From: an uncultured delta proteobacterium
Lineage (GTDB): Bacteria; Myxococcota; Myxococcia; Myxococcales; Myxococcaceae
DNA: 64,000 nucleotides
Direction of reading: 5' to 3'
Assembly: GCA_963771175.1 (NCBI GenBank)
Contig: CAVYSY010000005.1
Location: 10,535-74,534, forward strand
Notes under the pieces: generated by a model
The model's input: only the letters and a program-made list of their open reading frames with translations
Databases searched by the model: none
Told to the model about the DNA's origin: nothing
Part shown: positions 31,739 to 43,400 of the stretch, piece by piece
Numbering within the stretch: position 1 is the first letter of the stretch
How the letters are laid out: each line of letters begins with the position of its first letter
Made by a program: the position numbers and the translations under genes

Positions 31739-32533
31739 ATGCGCTTCCTCTCCACCATCCTCGTCCTGTTCGCCTCTGTTCCGGTGTGGGCCCAGCCGGA
31801 GCTGCCGATGCCTGCCTCCCTCAGCGAGCGGGTGATGTTGGTGTGGGGAGGAGGACGGACGCGCGAGGAGGCGGAGGCCTTCGTGTCGTCCTACCAGGAG
31901 CGCGCGGTGGACTGGGCGCGTGTGCTGGAGCTGGGGCCCGGCTACCCGCGTGTCGTCGACGGCGCGGAGTTTCCCGGACTGCGTCCCGGCTACTACTTCG
32001 TGGCGCTGGGCGTGTGCGACGTGAAGGAGGGCGCGGAGCTGACGAAGGTGTTCAAGGCGCTGGAGCCGCTCTCGTACTCGCGCCGGGTGCTGTGGGAGGA
32101 GCGCGACCCGCTGGTGTGCCCGTCGCTGCTGCCGGGGTGGACCTTCGGCAAGAGCGTGCAGGCGCGGGTCTCGGGAGGCACGCTGGCGGGGGCCACCTTC
32201 GACTACGCGGAGGAGGTGGGGATGCGCGAGCACCGGAACTGGCTGCTCGTCCTCGCGCTGCTGAAGAAGGGGGACGCGGAGAGCACCGTCGTCGAGCCGC
32301 CGGAGGATGGGGCCTCGTCGGAGGTGAAGAGTCTGAAGGTGGGCCGGGGCGAGGTGGTGCTGGAGGAGTGGCTGACGCACCCGACGTGCGACCCGGAGCC
32401 GCGCTCCGAGCTGCACACGCGCACCTGGCGCTTTTCCGCGCAGAAGGGGGAGATCGTGACGAAGCAGGTGAAGAAGCTGGTGCAGCGCAAGGACTGCACG
32501 AAGGAGCCGGGCGAGGTTTCCGCGGAGGAGTGA
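31739..32533 (+). CDS. Hypothetical exported protein
   Basis: Signal peptide MRFLSTILVLFASVPVWA; strong GC3 codon pattern; four Cys. Confidence 0.7.
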   Translation: MRFLSTILVLFASVPVWAQPELPMPASLSERVMLVWGGGRTREEAEAFVSSYQERAVDWARVLELGPGYPRVVDGAEFPGLRPGYYFVALGVCDVKEGAELTKVFKALEPLSYSRRVLWEERDPLVCPSLLPGWTFGKSVQARVSGGTLAGATFDYAEEVGMREHRNWLLVLALLKKGDAESTVVEPPEDGASSEVKSLKVGRGEVVLEEWLTHPTCDPEPRSELHTRTWRFSAQKGEIVTKQVKKLVQRKDCTKEPGEVSAEE

Positions 32534-32560
32534 GACGCTCCCCGGCGCGGGCCACCCGCT

Positions 32561-32989
32561 TCACTTGCGCTCACGGCCGAAGATGTCCGCGTCCGCTTCT
32601 TCTCCCCCGGGAGCACCGTCGGCGCCGTAGCTCCACACCACGGGCCGTCCATCGCGGAACTCATACTGGTAGGGCATGCCCCAGGGGTCGTACGGGAAGC
32701 GTTCAATGATCCCGCTGTTCACGAGCGCCCGCATCCCTCCCGTGGTGGGGACACGCCCGGTCTTCGCGGAGTAGAGCTTCAGGGCATTGTGGATGCTCTC
32801 GATGTCGTGCTCGGCGGTGTCCCGCTTCGGAGGCGGGAAGCACACGCCCGGTATGATGAACAGCATCACTCCGAGCCACAGCGCGCCCATCACCACGAAC
32901 AGGCCCAGGGTGGTCACGAGGCTGAAGAGGAGATGGCGCAGCCATGCCTTCCAGGTGAGTTTCGGATGCACGGACGGGTCTGGAGCCAT
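32561..32989 (-). CDS. Type II secretion GspG C-terminal-domain membrane protein (orphan)
   Basis: ALKLYSAKTGRVPT...L..LV, DPWGMPYQY, SYGADGAPGG...DI. Confidence 0.75.
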   Translation of the reverse strand: MAPDPSVHPKLTWKAWLRHLLFSLVTTLGLFVVMGALWLGVMLFIIPGVCFPPPKRDTAEHDIESIHNALKLYSAKTGRVPTTGGMRALVNSGIIERFPYDPWGMPYQYEFRDGRPVVWSYGADGAPGGEEADADIFGRERK

Positions 32990-33210
32990 GCCCGAGGCGC
33001 TTTCAATCTCCGTACCCGCCAGCGCCACGAGGGAGCCAGTCCGGTGCGATGCACCAGGAGGCTGGGTCCGTGCACTCCTTGTCCGCACGGCGCCGGGCCC
33101 GGCTGCCAATCTGTCAGCACCTGCTCAGCAGGCGGGCAACCGAGGTCGGCAAAGGGTTCACGGCCCCGCCATGATCTCCTAGGGTGGATGCCTCTCCCCG
33201 AGCCGTGCCG

Positions 33211-35155
33211 ATGCCCCGCGCAACCCTGCCCGAAGACTACCGGCGACACGTGACGGCGGCCCTGGCCGCGCTGAACGTGCGCAACCTGGTGCTGAGCATC
33301 CACGACCCGAGCTTCCCGAGCGCCCCGGCTGAGGACATCGGCCGTGGCTCGCCGTACTCGGAAGGGGGCATGCGCTTCCTCGAGTTCGCGCGGGAGCTGG
33401 GCTTCAATGGCATCCAGCTCGGCCCGCAGGGGCAGACATCGGAGGACAACCCCTCGCCGTACGACGGGACGCTCTTCTCGCGGAACGCGCTGAACGTGGC
33501 GCTCGCGTCCCTCACGCACGAGGAGTCCTGGGGCGGCCTGCTGCGGCCCGAGCACGTGCAGGCCCTCGTCGCGTCCCGGCCCGGCGGTGGCGAGTCGCGA
33601 ACGAAGCACCGCTACGCCTTCCGAGCCCAGAGCGAGGCGCTGGAGGAGGCGTGGGTCACCTTCCAGCAAAAGCGGGCCCGGGCCATGCCGGGCAGCGCCA
33701 TCGCCTGGCTGGCCGAGCACTTCGACACCTTCCGGCGCGAGCACCACGAGTGGCTGGAGCGGGACGCGCTCTATGACGCGCTCTGCATCGAGCACGGGCG
33801 CCCCTACTGGAAGGAGTGGCCGAGCGAGTGGGACAGGCGGCTGTGGAGCCCGCGCGCGGGTGAGGAGGTGACGTTCACCCAGCGCCGACACGTGCTGCTG
33901 GCGAAGTACGCCGGGCAGGTGGAGGCCCATGCCTTCCGGCAGTTCCTGGTGCACTCGCAGCACGCGGCGCTGCGGGAGCGGACGGTGGCCTGGGGCCTGA
34001 AGCTGTACGGGGACCTGCAGATTGGTTTCTCGCCGAAGGATGCGTGGGCGCACCAGGGGCTCTTCCTGGGCTCGTACCTGATGGGAGCGCCGCCCAGCCG
34101 TACCAACCCCGAGGGTCAGCCGTGGAACTACCCGGTGTTGGATCCGGCGCAGTACCGCGCGCCGAACGGAGCGCCGGGCCCGGTGCTGGGGTTCATGGCC
34201 TCGCGGGTGAACAAGATGCTGTCCGAGTACGACGGACTGCGCATCGACCATCCGCACGGGCTGGTGTGCCCGTGGGTGTACCGCTCGGGAGAGCTGGATG
34301 CGCTGCGCGCGGTGCAGAACGGGGCGCGGCTCTTCTCCTCGCCGGACCTGCCGGAGCACCCGGAGCTGGCGCGCTGGTCCATCGTTGCGCCGGGGCAGCT
34401 CGACCGCATCGGTGCCGCGCTACGCGGATGGCTGGGTGCGCGAGCTGAGCCCTGCGCAGGTGCGTCGCTACAGCGCTCTCTTCGATGCCATCATCACGGC
34501 GGCGCATGCCCACGGGCGGAAGGTGTCGGACCTGCTGTGCGAGGTGTTGAGCACCATGCCCCATCCGCTGCAGCGGGTGCTGGAGCAGTACGGGCTGGGG
34601 CGCTTCCGGGTGACGCAGAAGGCGGACCTGACGAACCCGCGGGACGTGTACCGGTGCGAGAACGCCGCGCCCGGGGATTGGATCATGGTGGGCAACCACG
34701 ACACGAAACCCATCTGGGCCCTGGCGGACCGCTGGCGGCAGGCGGGCGAGGCGCGTGCACAGGCGGACTACCTGGCGTGGAGGCTCCACCCGGAGGAGGA
34801 GGGGCGCGAGGACTTCGCGCGGCGGCTGGTGGAGGAGCCGGGGTTGCTGGTGCAGGCGAAGTTCGCGGACCTGTTCGCGAGCCGGGCGGAGAACGTGATG
34901 GTGTTCTTCGCGGACCTGCTGGGGATGAAGGAGACGTACAACGCGCCCGGCACGGTGAGCGAGGAGAACTGGAGCCTCCGCGTGCCCAACGACTACCGGC
35001 GCGAGTACGCGGAGAAGCTCCAGGGCGATGCCGCGTTGAACCTGCCGAAGGCGCTGGCGTTGGCGTTGCGCGCGGGCGGAGAGGAGGCTCGCGCGCGACA
35101 CCAGGGGCTCATCACGGCGCTGGAGCGGCTGGCCGCGGAGCTGCAACTCGGGTGA
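33211..35155 (+). CDS. malQ: 4-alpha-glucanotransferase (GH77), one frameshift near 34410
   Basis: SPYDGTLFSRN, LYGDLQIG, GAPP...GQPWNYP, GLRIDHPHG, GNHDT, YNAPGTVSEENWSLR. Confidence 0.85.
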
Positions 35156-35164
35156 CGAGCGTGC

Positions 35165-35897
35165 TCAGTCCTGCACGTCCACGACGAGGCGGGTGGGCTC
35201 CTTCAGCTCCATGACCCGGTACTTGTTGGGGTGCTTCACGCCGAGCACCCAGGTGACCTCGCCCTCGAAGTCGCACGTCAGCTCCAGCTCCTCGAGCACG
35301 GGGAGCTTGGGCTTGCGCTCGCGCTCGGCGACCGTCACCTGACCATCCGCGTGGGCCTGGGCGGGTGTCATGCGCACCTGCAGCCAGCCCTGGCCGGCGA
35401 TGGGCGTGGGGTCGCCGGAGCCGCACTTGATGACCGGCTTGTCGATGTACTCGAGGTGGTAGCCGGGCACCTGGTCGCCGTCGAACTGGAACACGACGCG
35501 GTCGAAGCCCTCGTTGCGGGCCGAGCGCACCTCGCGCAACGCCACCGGCTTCAGGGTGGAGCGCTTGATGTCCACGCGGCCCGCGGTCCACTCGCGGTTC
35601 TTCGGGTCCTCGGGCTGGAGGGCCTGTGAGCCCGCGGGGGTGGGGGAGGGCGGAGGCGTGGCCTCGGGAGCGGGCGTGGCCCCGGCATCGGCTCGCGGCG
35701 CCAGCATCGGCCTCGGCGGTCTGCTCGGCGGGAGCGGGGGGCGTGGTGGGCGACGCGGGCGGGGGCGTCGCCTCGGCGGGAGCGGTCTCGGCGGGGGTGG
35801 TGGGCTCGGGCCGTGCGGCCGGCTCGTCCTTCTTGCATCCCGCCATCGCGAGGCAGGCGGCGAGCCCCAGCGGCATCCAGCGTCCGGTCACCTTCAT
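35165..35897 (-). CDS. Lipoprotein with Pro/Ala linker and AMIN-like C-terminal domain (frameshift near 35700)
   Basis: LAMAGC lipobox; GFDRVVFQF, CDFEGEVTWVLG, PTRLVVDV. Confidence 0.75.
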
Positions 35898-36034
35898 CGT
35901 CGTCCTCCTGGCGGCCCGCGTGGTTGGGGCCGGAAACAGGGCCCCATGTGGCACGAGCCGCGCCCGAGTGCCAGAAGGATTGCCTCGGGGAGCCAGCGGA
36001 GCCGGAACGACGGCGGCTCCGCCAGTGGAGGGAC

Positions 36035-36508
36035 TCAGTCGTCCTGTTTGACCGGGATGAACTGGCCGCGAATCTCACCGGTCGGGTTGTTGGTGGTGTG
36101 GACGTTCACGTAATAGAGGCTGTCCTTGAAGTCATCCCGCTCGTCGTCGTTGAGCGTCCTGGTCCCTTCGAAGGTGCCGTTGCGCATGTCGGTGCTGGTG
36201 ACGGTGAGGTTGAAGACGATGGGGCCGCTCGTGCCCGCGGCGCCCACGTGGACGTGGGCCGAGCTGCCGGACACCTCCTGCAGGTCGCTCGTCAGTCCGG
36301 AGAAGCTGCCGACGACCTTGAGCTCGTCATCGTCGAGCGTGGCGGTGGCCGTCCCGGAGGCGGTGGTCGTCACCGGAGGGACCTCGGCGGCGCCCGAGAG
36401 CTGGGTGGACGCGATGTACTTGTCTTCGCCGCAGCCGGTCAGCGCCAGCAGCCCGGCTCCCACCAACGTCAGCACCGCCCCCCAACGCTTCGTGTGTTGC
36501 GTGTGCAT
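36035..36508 (-). CDS. CHRD-domain lipoprotein
   Basis: LTGC lipobox; LSGAAEVPPV, AHVHVG, YYVNVHTTNNPTGEIRGQ. Confidence 0.88.
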   Translation of the reverse strand: MHTQHTKRWGAVLTLVGAGLLALTGCGEDKYIASTQLSGAAEVPPVTTTASGTATATLDDDELKVVGSFSGLTSDLQEVSGSSAHVHVGAAGTSGPIVFNLTVTSTDMRNGTFEGTRTLNDDERDDFKDSLYYVNVHTTNNPTGEIRGQFIPVKQDD

Positions 36509-36810
36509 CGGTGTCTCCTGTCTGTCCGCCAGGGCCCATGGTCGTGCCCGGAATGGGCCCGGTGCCCGGTGGAGGGTCCCGTGTCTAGAGGACTTCCGGG
36601 ATGCCATCGATTCCATGTGACGGGGGAGTGCCCGGTATCGGGCGGTCCCGGGCTCGGCCGTTCATTCCTGACACCTCGGGTGGGTCCAGGGGGAGGGAGG
36701 AGGCATCCGGGGCGATACACGTCTGGGGGGCGTCAATTCACACGGACTGCTTGGGAGGACGTACTCCGCCGCGTATATCGTGGCCTGGACGCGTACCCGA
36801 ATCTGGAGCG

Positions 36811-38112
36811 ATGACTTCAATGGCCCTCGATCTCACCCCCCTGCTTGGTCCCCGGCGGGACGACACCCTTGGCACGATGGTGCGCGGTCTCGTCGGCAGC
36901 GAAATCCTCCGCATCGCGGGGGAGATTCGCGAGTTGGTGGCCCAGGGCAAACAGGTGTGCAACCTGACCGTGGGTGATTTCAGCCCCAAGGAGTTCCCCA
37001 TCCCGCCCGGGCTGGGCGAGGGCATCGCCACGGCGCTGAAGGCGGGGGAGACGAACTACCCGCCCTCGGATGGAGTGCTGTCGCTCCGGCAGGCGGTGCT
37101 GCGCTTCTACGAGCGCGCGCTGGGGCTGAAGTACCCGCTGGAGAGCGTGCTCATCGCCGGCGGTGCGCGGCCGATCATCTACGCCATCTTCCGCGCGGTG
37201 GTGGATCCGGGAGACACGGTCGTCTACCCGGTGCCCTCGTGGAACAACAACCACTACACGCACATGGTGGGGGCGAAGCACGTGCCGGTGGTCACCGACG
37301 CCGAGCATGGCTTCATGCCCACGGTGGAGCAGCTCGCGCCGCACCTGAAGGAGGCGCGCCTGCTGTGCCTGTGCAGCCCGCTCAACCCCACGGGCACGAT
37401 GATTTCGCCCGAGTCCCTGCGGGACATCAGCCGGCGCGTGGTGGAGGAGAACCGCCAGCGCGAGGCGCAGGGGCGCAAGCCGCTCATCGTGATGTACGAC
37501 CAGATCTACTGGACGCTCGCGTTCGGGCAGACGAAGCACGTGACGCCGCTGGAGCTGGTGCCGGAGCTGGCGCCGTACACGGTGTTCGTGGACGGCATCT
37601 CGAAGGCCTTCGCGGCCACGGGTGTGCGCGTGGGCTGGGCGCTGGGGCCGCCGTCCATCGTCTCGCGGATGAAGGACGTGCTGGGGCACGTGGGGGCGTG
37701 GGCTCCCAAGGCCGAGCAGGTGGCGGTGGCGCGCTTCCTGGATGACGTGCCGGCCACGTCGGGCTTCCTGGAGGTGATGCGCCAGCGGGTGGACGAGCGG
37801 CTGGTGGCGTTGCACCAGGGCTTCACGGCGATGCGGGAGGCGGGTCTGCCGGTGCGCTCCATCGCGCCGCAGGGCGCCATCTATCTGTCGGCGCGGTTCG
37901 ATCTGATCGGCAAGGCGGGGCTGAAGACGAACGACGACATCCGCCGGCTGCTGCTGGACAAGGCGGGCTTCGCGTTGGTGCCCTTCCAGGCCTTTGGTCT
38001 GAAGGAGGACACGGGCTGGTTCCGCCTGTCGGTGGGCGCCGTGTCCCTGGAGGAGATTCAAGCGGCGCTGCCGAGGGTGGAGGCGGTGCTGCGCGAGGCG
38101 GCGGGCAGGTAG
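36811..38112 (+). CDS. PLP-dependent aminotransferase class I/II
   Basis: NYPPSDG, CSPLNPTG, YDQIY, GISKAFAATGVRVGW, WFRLS. Confidence 0.9.
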   Translation: MTSMALDLTPLLGPRRDDTLGTMVRGLVGSEILRIAGEIRELVAQGKQVCNLTVGDFSPKEFPIPPGLGEGIATALKAGETNYPPSDGVLSLRQAVLRFYERALGLKYPLESVLIAGGARPIIYAIFRAVVDPGDTVVYPVPSWNNNHYTHMVGAKHVPVVTDAEHGFMPTVEQLAPHLKEARLLCLCSPLNPTGTMISPESLRDISRRVVEENRQREAQGRKPLIVMYDQIYWTLAFGQTKHVTPLELVPELAPYTVFVDGISKAFAATGVRVGWALGPPSIVSRMKDVLGHVGAWAPKAEQVAVARFLDDVPATSGFLEVMRQRVDERLVALHQGFTAMREAGLPVRSIAPQGAIYLSARFDLIGKAGLKTNDDIRRLLLDKAGFALVPFQAFGLKEDTGWFRLSVGAVSLEEIQAALPRVEAVLREAAGR

Positions 38113-38244
38113 GCCCCCTCGGGGACCCCGTCTGGCGTGTCCCATCGGGCTCGGGAATAGGGGGGCCGTGTCGCCGTTGAGGGCGGCACGCTCGGGGGGC
38201 GGCCAACCGCTTTTCGAGTGCCCACGGGGACGGCACCACCACCC

Positions 38245-39522
38245 ATGCTCAAGAGATTCGTGAACGTGAAGGACGAGGAGGTGGGCTCGGTCCTGCTGGC
38301 CTTCGTGTACTTCTTCACGTTGATGTGTGGCTACGCCATCCTCAAGCCGCTGCGCGACGAGATGGCGACGGCGAAGGGCGTGAAGAACGTCTCGTGGCTC
38401 TTCACGGCGACCTTCGTGGTGATGCTGGTGGCGGTGCCGGCCTTCTCGGCGCTGGTGGCGCGCTGGCCGAGGCAGCGGGTCATCCCGCTCGTCTACCGCT
38501 TCTTCCTGGTCAACCTGTTGGCCTTCTTCGTGGTGCTGAAGCTGGACGTGGGGCGCGGCGTGGTGGCGCCCGCCTTCTTCGTCTGGGTGAGCGTCTACAA
38601 CCTCTTCGTCGTCTCCATCTTCTGGAGCTTCATGGCGGACCTGTTCGCGAGCGAGCAGGGCCGGCGCCTCTTCGGCTTCATCGCGGCGGGGGGCACGGCG
38701 GGCATGCTGGTGGGGCCCTTCCTGGTGACGCGCCTGGCCGAGCCGCTGGGTGCCACGAACCTGATGCTCGTCACCGCGGTGCTGCTGGAGGTCAGCGCGC
38801 AGTGCGTGCGGCTGTTGTCGCGCCGGGCCGCTGTCGTTCAGCCCCGGGCGGCCGTCGCCGAGGCTCCGGTGGGCGGGGACATCTTCGCCGGGCCGCGGCT
38901 GCTGTTCTCCTCGCCGCTGCTGCTGGGCCTGGGGCTGCAGATGCTCCTCTACGCCGCCACCTCCACCTTCCTCTACAACCAGCAGGCCCACATCGTGGCC
39001 ACGGTGGCCTCCGGCACCAACGCGCGCACCGCCGCCTTCGCCCACCTCGACTTCTGGGTGCAGGCCCTCACGCTCGTGCTGCAACTGGTGGTGACGGGGC
39101 GCCTCATGACGCGCTTCGGCCTGGGCCTGACGCTGGCGGTGGCGCCGGTGCTCACCGCGCTCGGCTTTCTCGGGCTGGCGATGGTGCCCACGATGCTGAT
39201 GCTCATCGGCTTCAAGTCACTGCGCGGTGCCACGCACTACGCCTTCGAGCGGCCCGGGCGCGAGGTCCTCTTCACCAGCGTGGACCGCGAGGCCAGATAC
39301 AAGTCCAAGGGCTTCATCGACACGGTGGTGTACCGCGGCAGTGACTCGGTGAGTGCCTGGCTGTACACGGGCCTCGACTCGCTGGGCCTGGGCGTGACGG
39401 CGCTGGCGCTGACCGCGGTGCCCTTCGCGGGCCTGTGGCTCACGGTGTCCCTGTGGCTCGCCCGGCAGCAGCAGCGCGCTCCCGCGCCCGCTTCGGCTCC
39501 CACGCTGACTCCCGCGCCGTAA
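38245..39522 (+). CDS. MFS transporter, NTP/NDP exchange (TLC/Npt)-like
   Basis: YAILKPLRD, FWSFMADLF, RLFGFIAAGG, ERPGREVLF, YKSKGFIDTVVYRGSD; about 12 TM segments. Confidence 0.82.
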   Translation: MLKRFVNVKDEEVGSVLLAFVYFFTLMCGYAILKPLRDEMATAKGVKNVSWLFTATFVVMLVAVPAFSALVARWPRQRVIPLVYRFFLVNLLAFFVVLKLDVGRGVVAPAFFVWVSVYNLFVVSIFWSFMADLFASEQGRRLFGFIAAGGTAGMLVGPFLVTRLAEPLGATNLMLVTAVLLEVSAQCVRLLSRRAAVVQPRAAVAEAPVGGDIFAGPRLLFSSPLLLGLGLQMLLYAATSTFLYNQQAHIVATVASGTNARTAAFAHLDFWVQALTLVLQLVVTGRLMTRFGLGLTLAVAPVLTALGFLGLAMVPTMLMLIGFKSLRGATHYAFERPGREVLFTSVDREARYKSKGFIDTVVYRGSDSVSAWLYTGLDSLGLGVTALALTAVPFAGLWLTVSLWLARQQQRAPAPASAPTLTPAP

Positions 39523-40434
39523 CGGCAAAAAAAATGGGGAATGTCTCGTTTGGAAGCGAGACATCCCCCATCACTGCGACCTCGACCTCACTGCCTTCCC
39601 CTCCTGCGGGCAGGAGTCGTCGGGTCGTCAGCCCTGGAACCCGGCCCCCGCCGGACTCCCGGGCTGGCCCCCCGGTGCAGGAGGGGGGCGAAACGCAAAA
39701 GCCCTACCAGCTATAGATGCCACCTTCGTCCACCACCTCGTCGAGGTCGTGGTTGTGCGCCGACTCCATCGGCTGGTTCCGGGAGCGGCGACCCGGGCTG
39801 AAACCCCAGCCCCCGGCCAGCACGAGAGAAGCCGACGTCAGGTGCGGAGACAGCGGCCGCACCGACGCGAGACAGGTCACCCCCGTGAGTGCCTCGCGCA
39901 GGGCGGCCGTTACCCGGGCCTCCATCAGCACCGCGAGCTGCGTGCGCTTCGCCCCCGCGAAGTACGCCACCCGCGGCACCTCCACCGTGTTTCCCCCCCC
40001 CCTGCCCGGCCGTCCTGGACAGACGGACCAGGTTCCTGGTCACCGACGCGCCCGGCTCCCCCCCCATATTCAGGACCAGGCCCATCCTCTCCCCGCCCGA
40101 CCGCTTCCCGTGGACCTGATGCCCCGCTGCCTTCATCCCGTTCTCAACCCTGAGCTGCATGGGCTCCTCCCCCCCTTGGCACGCCCGTGAGCGCGTGAGT
40201 GACGCGGGGGATAATGGCCAATCCCTGATCGGGAGTTTTCCGCTCGGACGCCAACCGCTTGCGTATGAGCGCCAAGCAGATGCGGAGCCCCGAAACGCGT
40301 TTCACGGGGGCGATCAAAATTCACGCACAGTGCCTGCTCGCTCGCTCCACGAGCGGACATTTTTGCTGAACGGCCTTGCAGGTAGGAGGCGGCATGTAGG
40401 GGTATGGTCGTGTCCGTTGGACGCGCTATGAGGG

Positions 40435-43400
40435 ATGACCATGGGTGACGGAGGACGGGGCGTGCTGGCCGTGGTGGCGGAGAAGCCATCCATGGCGCGC
40501 GACATCGCGCGGGCGCTGGGGGCTCGCGAGCAGGGCGAGGGGTGTTACCGGGGCAACGGCTACGTGGTGACGTGGGCCATCGGGCACCTGGTGGGACTGG
40601 CGCAGCCGCACGAGATGCGGCCCGAGTGGAAGCGCTGGCAGCGCGAGCTGCTGCCCATGCTCGCCGCGCGACTGGCCGCTGGTGGTGGAGGACAAGACGG
40701 CCTCCCAGTTCCAGGTGGTGCGCCGGGTGATGACCTCGCCCGAGGTGGACGCCGTGGTGTGCGCCACGGACGCCGGGCGCGAGGGCGAGCTCATCTTCCG
40801 CTACATCTACGAGGCCGCCGGGTGCCGCAAGCCGGTGCGGCGGCTGTGGGTGAGCTCGCTGACGGAGGGGGCCATCCGCGAGGGCTTCCGCGCGCTGAAG
40901 CCGGGGCGCGACTACGACGGGCTGGCGGACGCGGCCAAGGGGCGCAGCCGGGCGGACTGGCTGGTGGGGATGAACCTGTCGCGCCTCTACACGCTGGCGG
41001 GCGGGGACACGCTCTCGGTGGGTCGGGTGCAGACGCCCACGCTGGCCATGGTGGTGGAGCGCGAGCTGGCCATCCGCGACTTCGTCCCCAAGGAGTACCT
41101 GGAGGTGGTCGCCACCTTCGGCCCGGCGGGCCCCGAGGGGCCCCAGGGCAGCTACCAGGGCACCTGGTTCCGTCCCGCGGAGCCGGGCAAGGAGAAGGAG
41201 TGGGACTCGCGCGAGGCCCGGCGCCTGCCCGCGGACGGTGTGGAGGCGAAGGCGGTGGTGGCGCGCGTGCGAGGCGGGCCGCGCGGCCGTGGAGTCCGTC
41301 ACCGCCGAGACGAAGCGGATGGCGGCGCCGCTGCTCTACGATCTGACGGAGCTGCAGCGCCACGCCAACCGCCTGTACGGCTATCAGCGCCCAGCGCACC
41401 CTGGAGCTGGCGCAGGCGCTGTACGAGAAGCACAAGCTGTTGAGCTACCCGCGTACCGCCAGCCGGCATCTCTCGCAGTCGGTGGCGGAGACGCTGCCCG
41501 AGGTGGTGCGCGCCATCCGCGGGCCCTGGGAGGCGCTGCTCGCGCCCGGCACCGGGCAGAAGCCCGCTGGGGCGCCGCTTCGTGGACGACGCGAAGGTGA
41601 CGGACCACCACGCCATCATCCCGACGACGACCTCGCCCGAGGGCGCGAGCGCTCTCCCAGGACGAGCGGCGCATCTACGAGCTCGTCTGTCGTCGGCTGC
41701 TGGCGGCGTGGCACGAGGACTTCGTCTGGTTGGTGACGACCGTCATCACCGCCGTCACCTCGCTCGCCGCGAATGGGGGCTCGCCCGTGGTGGACCGCTT
41801 CCACAGCGCGGGCACCATGGTGGAGCGCGAGGGCTGGAAGGTGCTGGACGTCGGGGGAGGGCAGCGTGCCCCGAAGTCCCGCGAGGCGGGGAAGAAGAAG
41901 GAGGGCGAGGCCGAGGCGGAGGAGCCCGAGGACGAGCAGGAGCTGCCGCCGGGGCTGACGAAGGGGCTGGCGCGTGCGGTGCGCGAGGTGAAGCCGGTGA
42001 CGAAGCGGACGCGGCCCCCGCCTCGCCTCACGGACGCGAGCCTGCTCACGGCGATGGAGACGGCCGGGCGGGCGCTGGACGACAAGGAGCTGGCGGACGC
42101 GATGCGCGGAGTCGGGGCTGGGAACGCCCGCCACGCGCGCGGCCATCATCGAGACGCTGCTCGACCGTGGCTACCTGGTGCGGCGGGGCAAGGCGTTCGA
42201 GGCGACGGAGAAGGGCATCGGGCTCATCCGGGTGGTGCATCCGGACGTGAAGAGCCCGGCGATGACGGGGCAGTGGGAGGCGCTGGCTGCAGCGCATCGA
42301 GCGCGGCAGCGGAGACCTGGACTCCTTCCTCCGGGGCATCGAGGCCTACGTCATCGAGGTCGTGGGCAAGGTGCCCCCCTCGCTTCCCATGCCTCCTCCC
42401 ACCACGCCGCTGCTCCCGGCGGGAGCTCCGCGTGAGGCCGCGCACCCCGTGTCCAAACCCAGGAGCACCCGGGCTCCCAGCAGCACCCGGGCTCCCAGCG
42501 AGCCGACTCCGGCCTCCAGGTCATCCCGCAAGAATGCCGTGCTCCCCCTCGCGAACACCGTCCGGCCCGAGCGCACGCCCCGCGCGCCCACGCCACCGGA
42601 GGCCCTGCGCGGATTGCTGAAGGAGGTGTTCGGCTTCTCGGACTTCCGGCCGTACCAGGAAGCGGTGTGCCGCGCGGCGACCGAGGGCAAGGACCTGCTG
42701 CTGGTGATGCCCACCGGAGCGGGCAAGTCGCTCTGCTACCAGCTGCCCGGCCTCGCGCGGGCGGGCACGACGCTCGTCATCAGCCCGCTCATCGCGCTGA
42801 TGGAGGACCAGGTGGCGCGGCTGCAGTCGCTCGGGCTGGCGGCCGAGCGCATCCACTCGGGACGGGACAGGGCCACGTCGCGCCAGGTGTGCGCGGACTA
42901 CCTCGAGGGCCGGCTGGACTTCCTCTTCATCGCCCCCGAGCGGCTCGGGGTGCCCGGCTTCGTGGAGCTGCTGGCCCGGCGCACGCCCTCGCTGGTGGCC
43001 GTGGACGAGGCGCACTGCATCTCTCAGTGGGGGCACGACTTCCGCCCGGACTACCGGCTGCTGGGCACCCGCCTGCCGATGCTGCGCCCCGCGCCCGTCA
43101 TCGCGCTCACCGCCACCGCGACCCCGGACGTGCAGCACGACATCGTCCAGCAGCTCGGGCTCCAGGGACCGCGAGACAAGCCCGCGCGCACCTTCATCCA
43201 CGGTTTCCGGCGCACCAACATCGCCATCGAGGTGCGCGAGCTCAACCCGAGCCAGCGCGGCGACGCCATTCGCGAGCTGCTCGCCGAGCCCGAGCACCGT
43301 CCGGCCATTGTCTACGCCTCCACGCGCAAGCACGCGGAGCGGTACGCCGAGGCGCTCGGCGCGGACTTCTCCACCGGCATGTACCACGCGGGCATGAGCG

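Noticed and set aside
40177..40195. Sigma-54 promoter (TGGCACG)
   Set aside because: The -12 element reads GTGAG rather than TTGC; too weak to call
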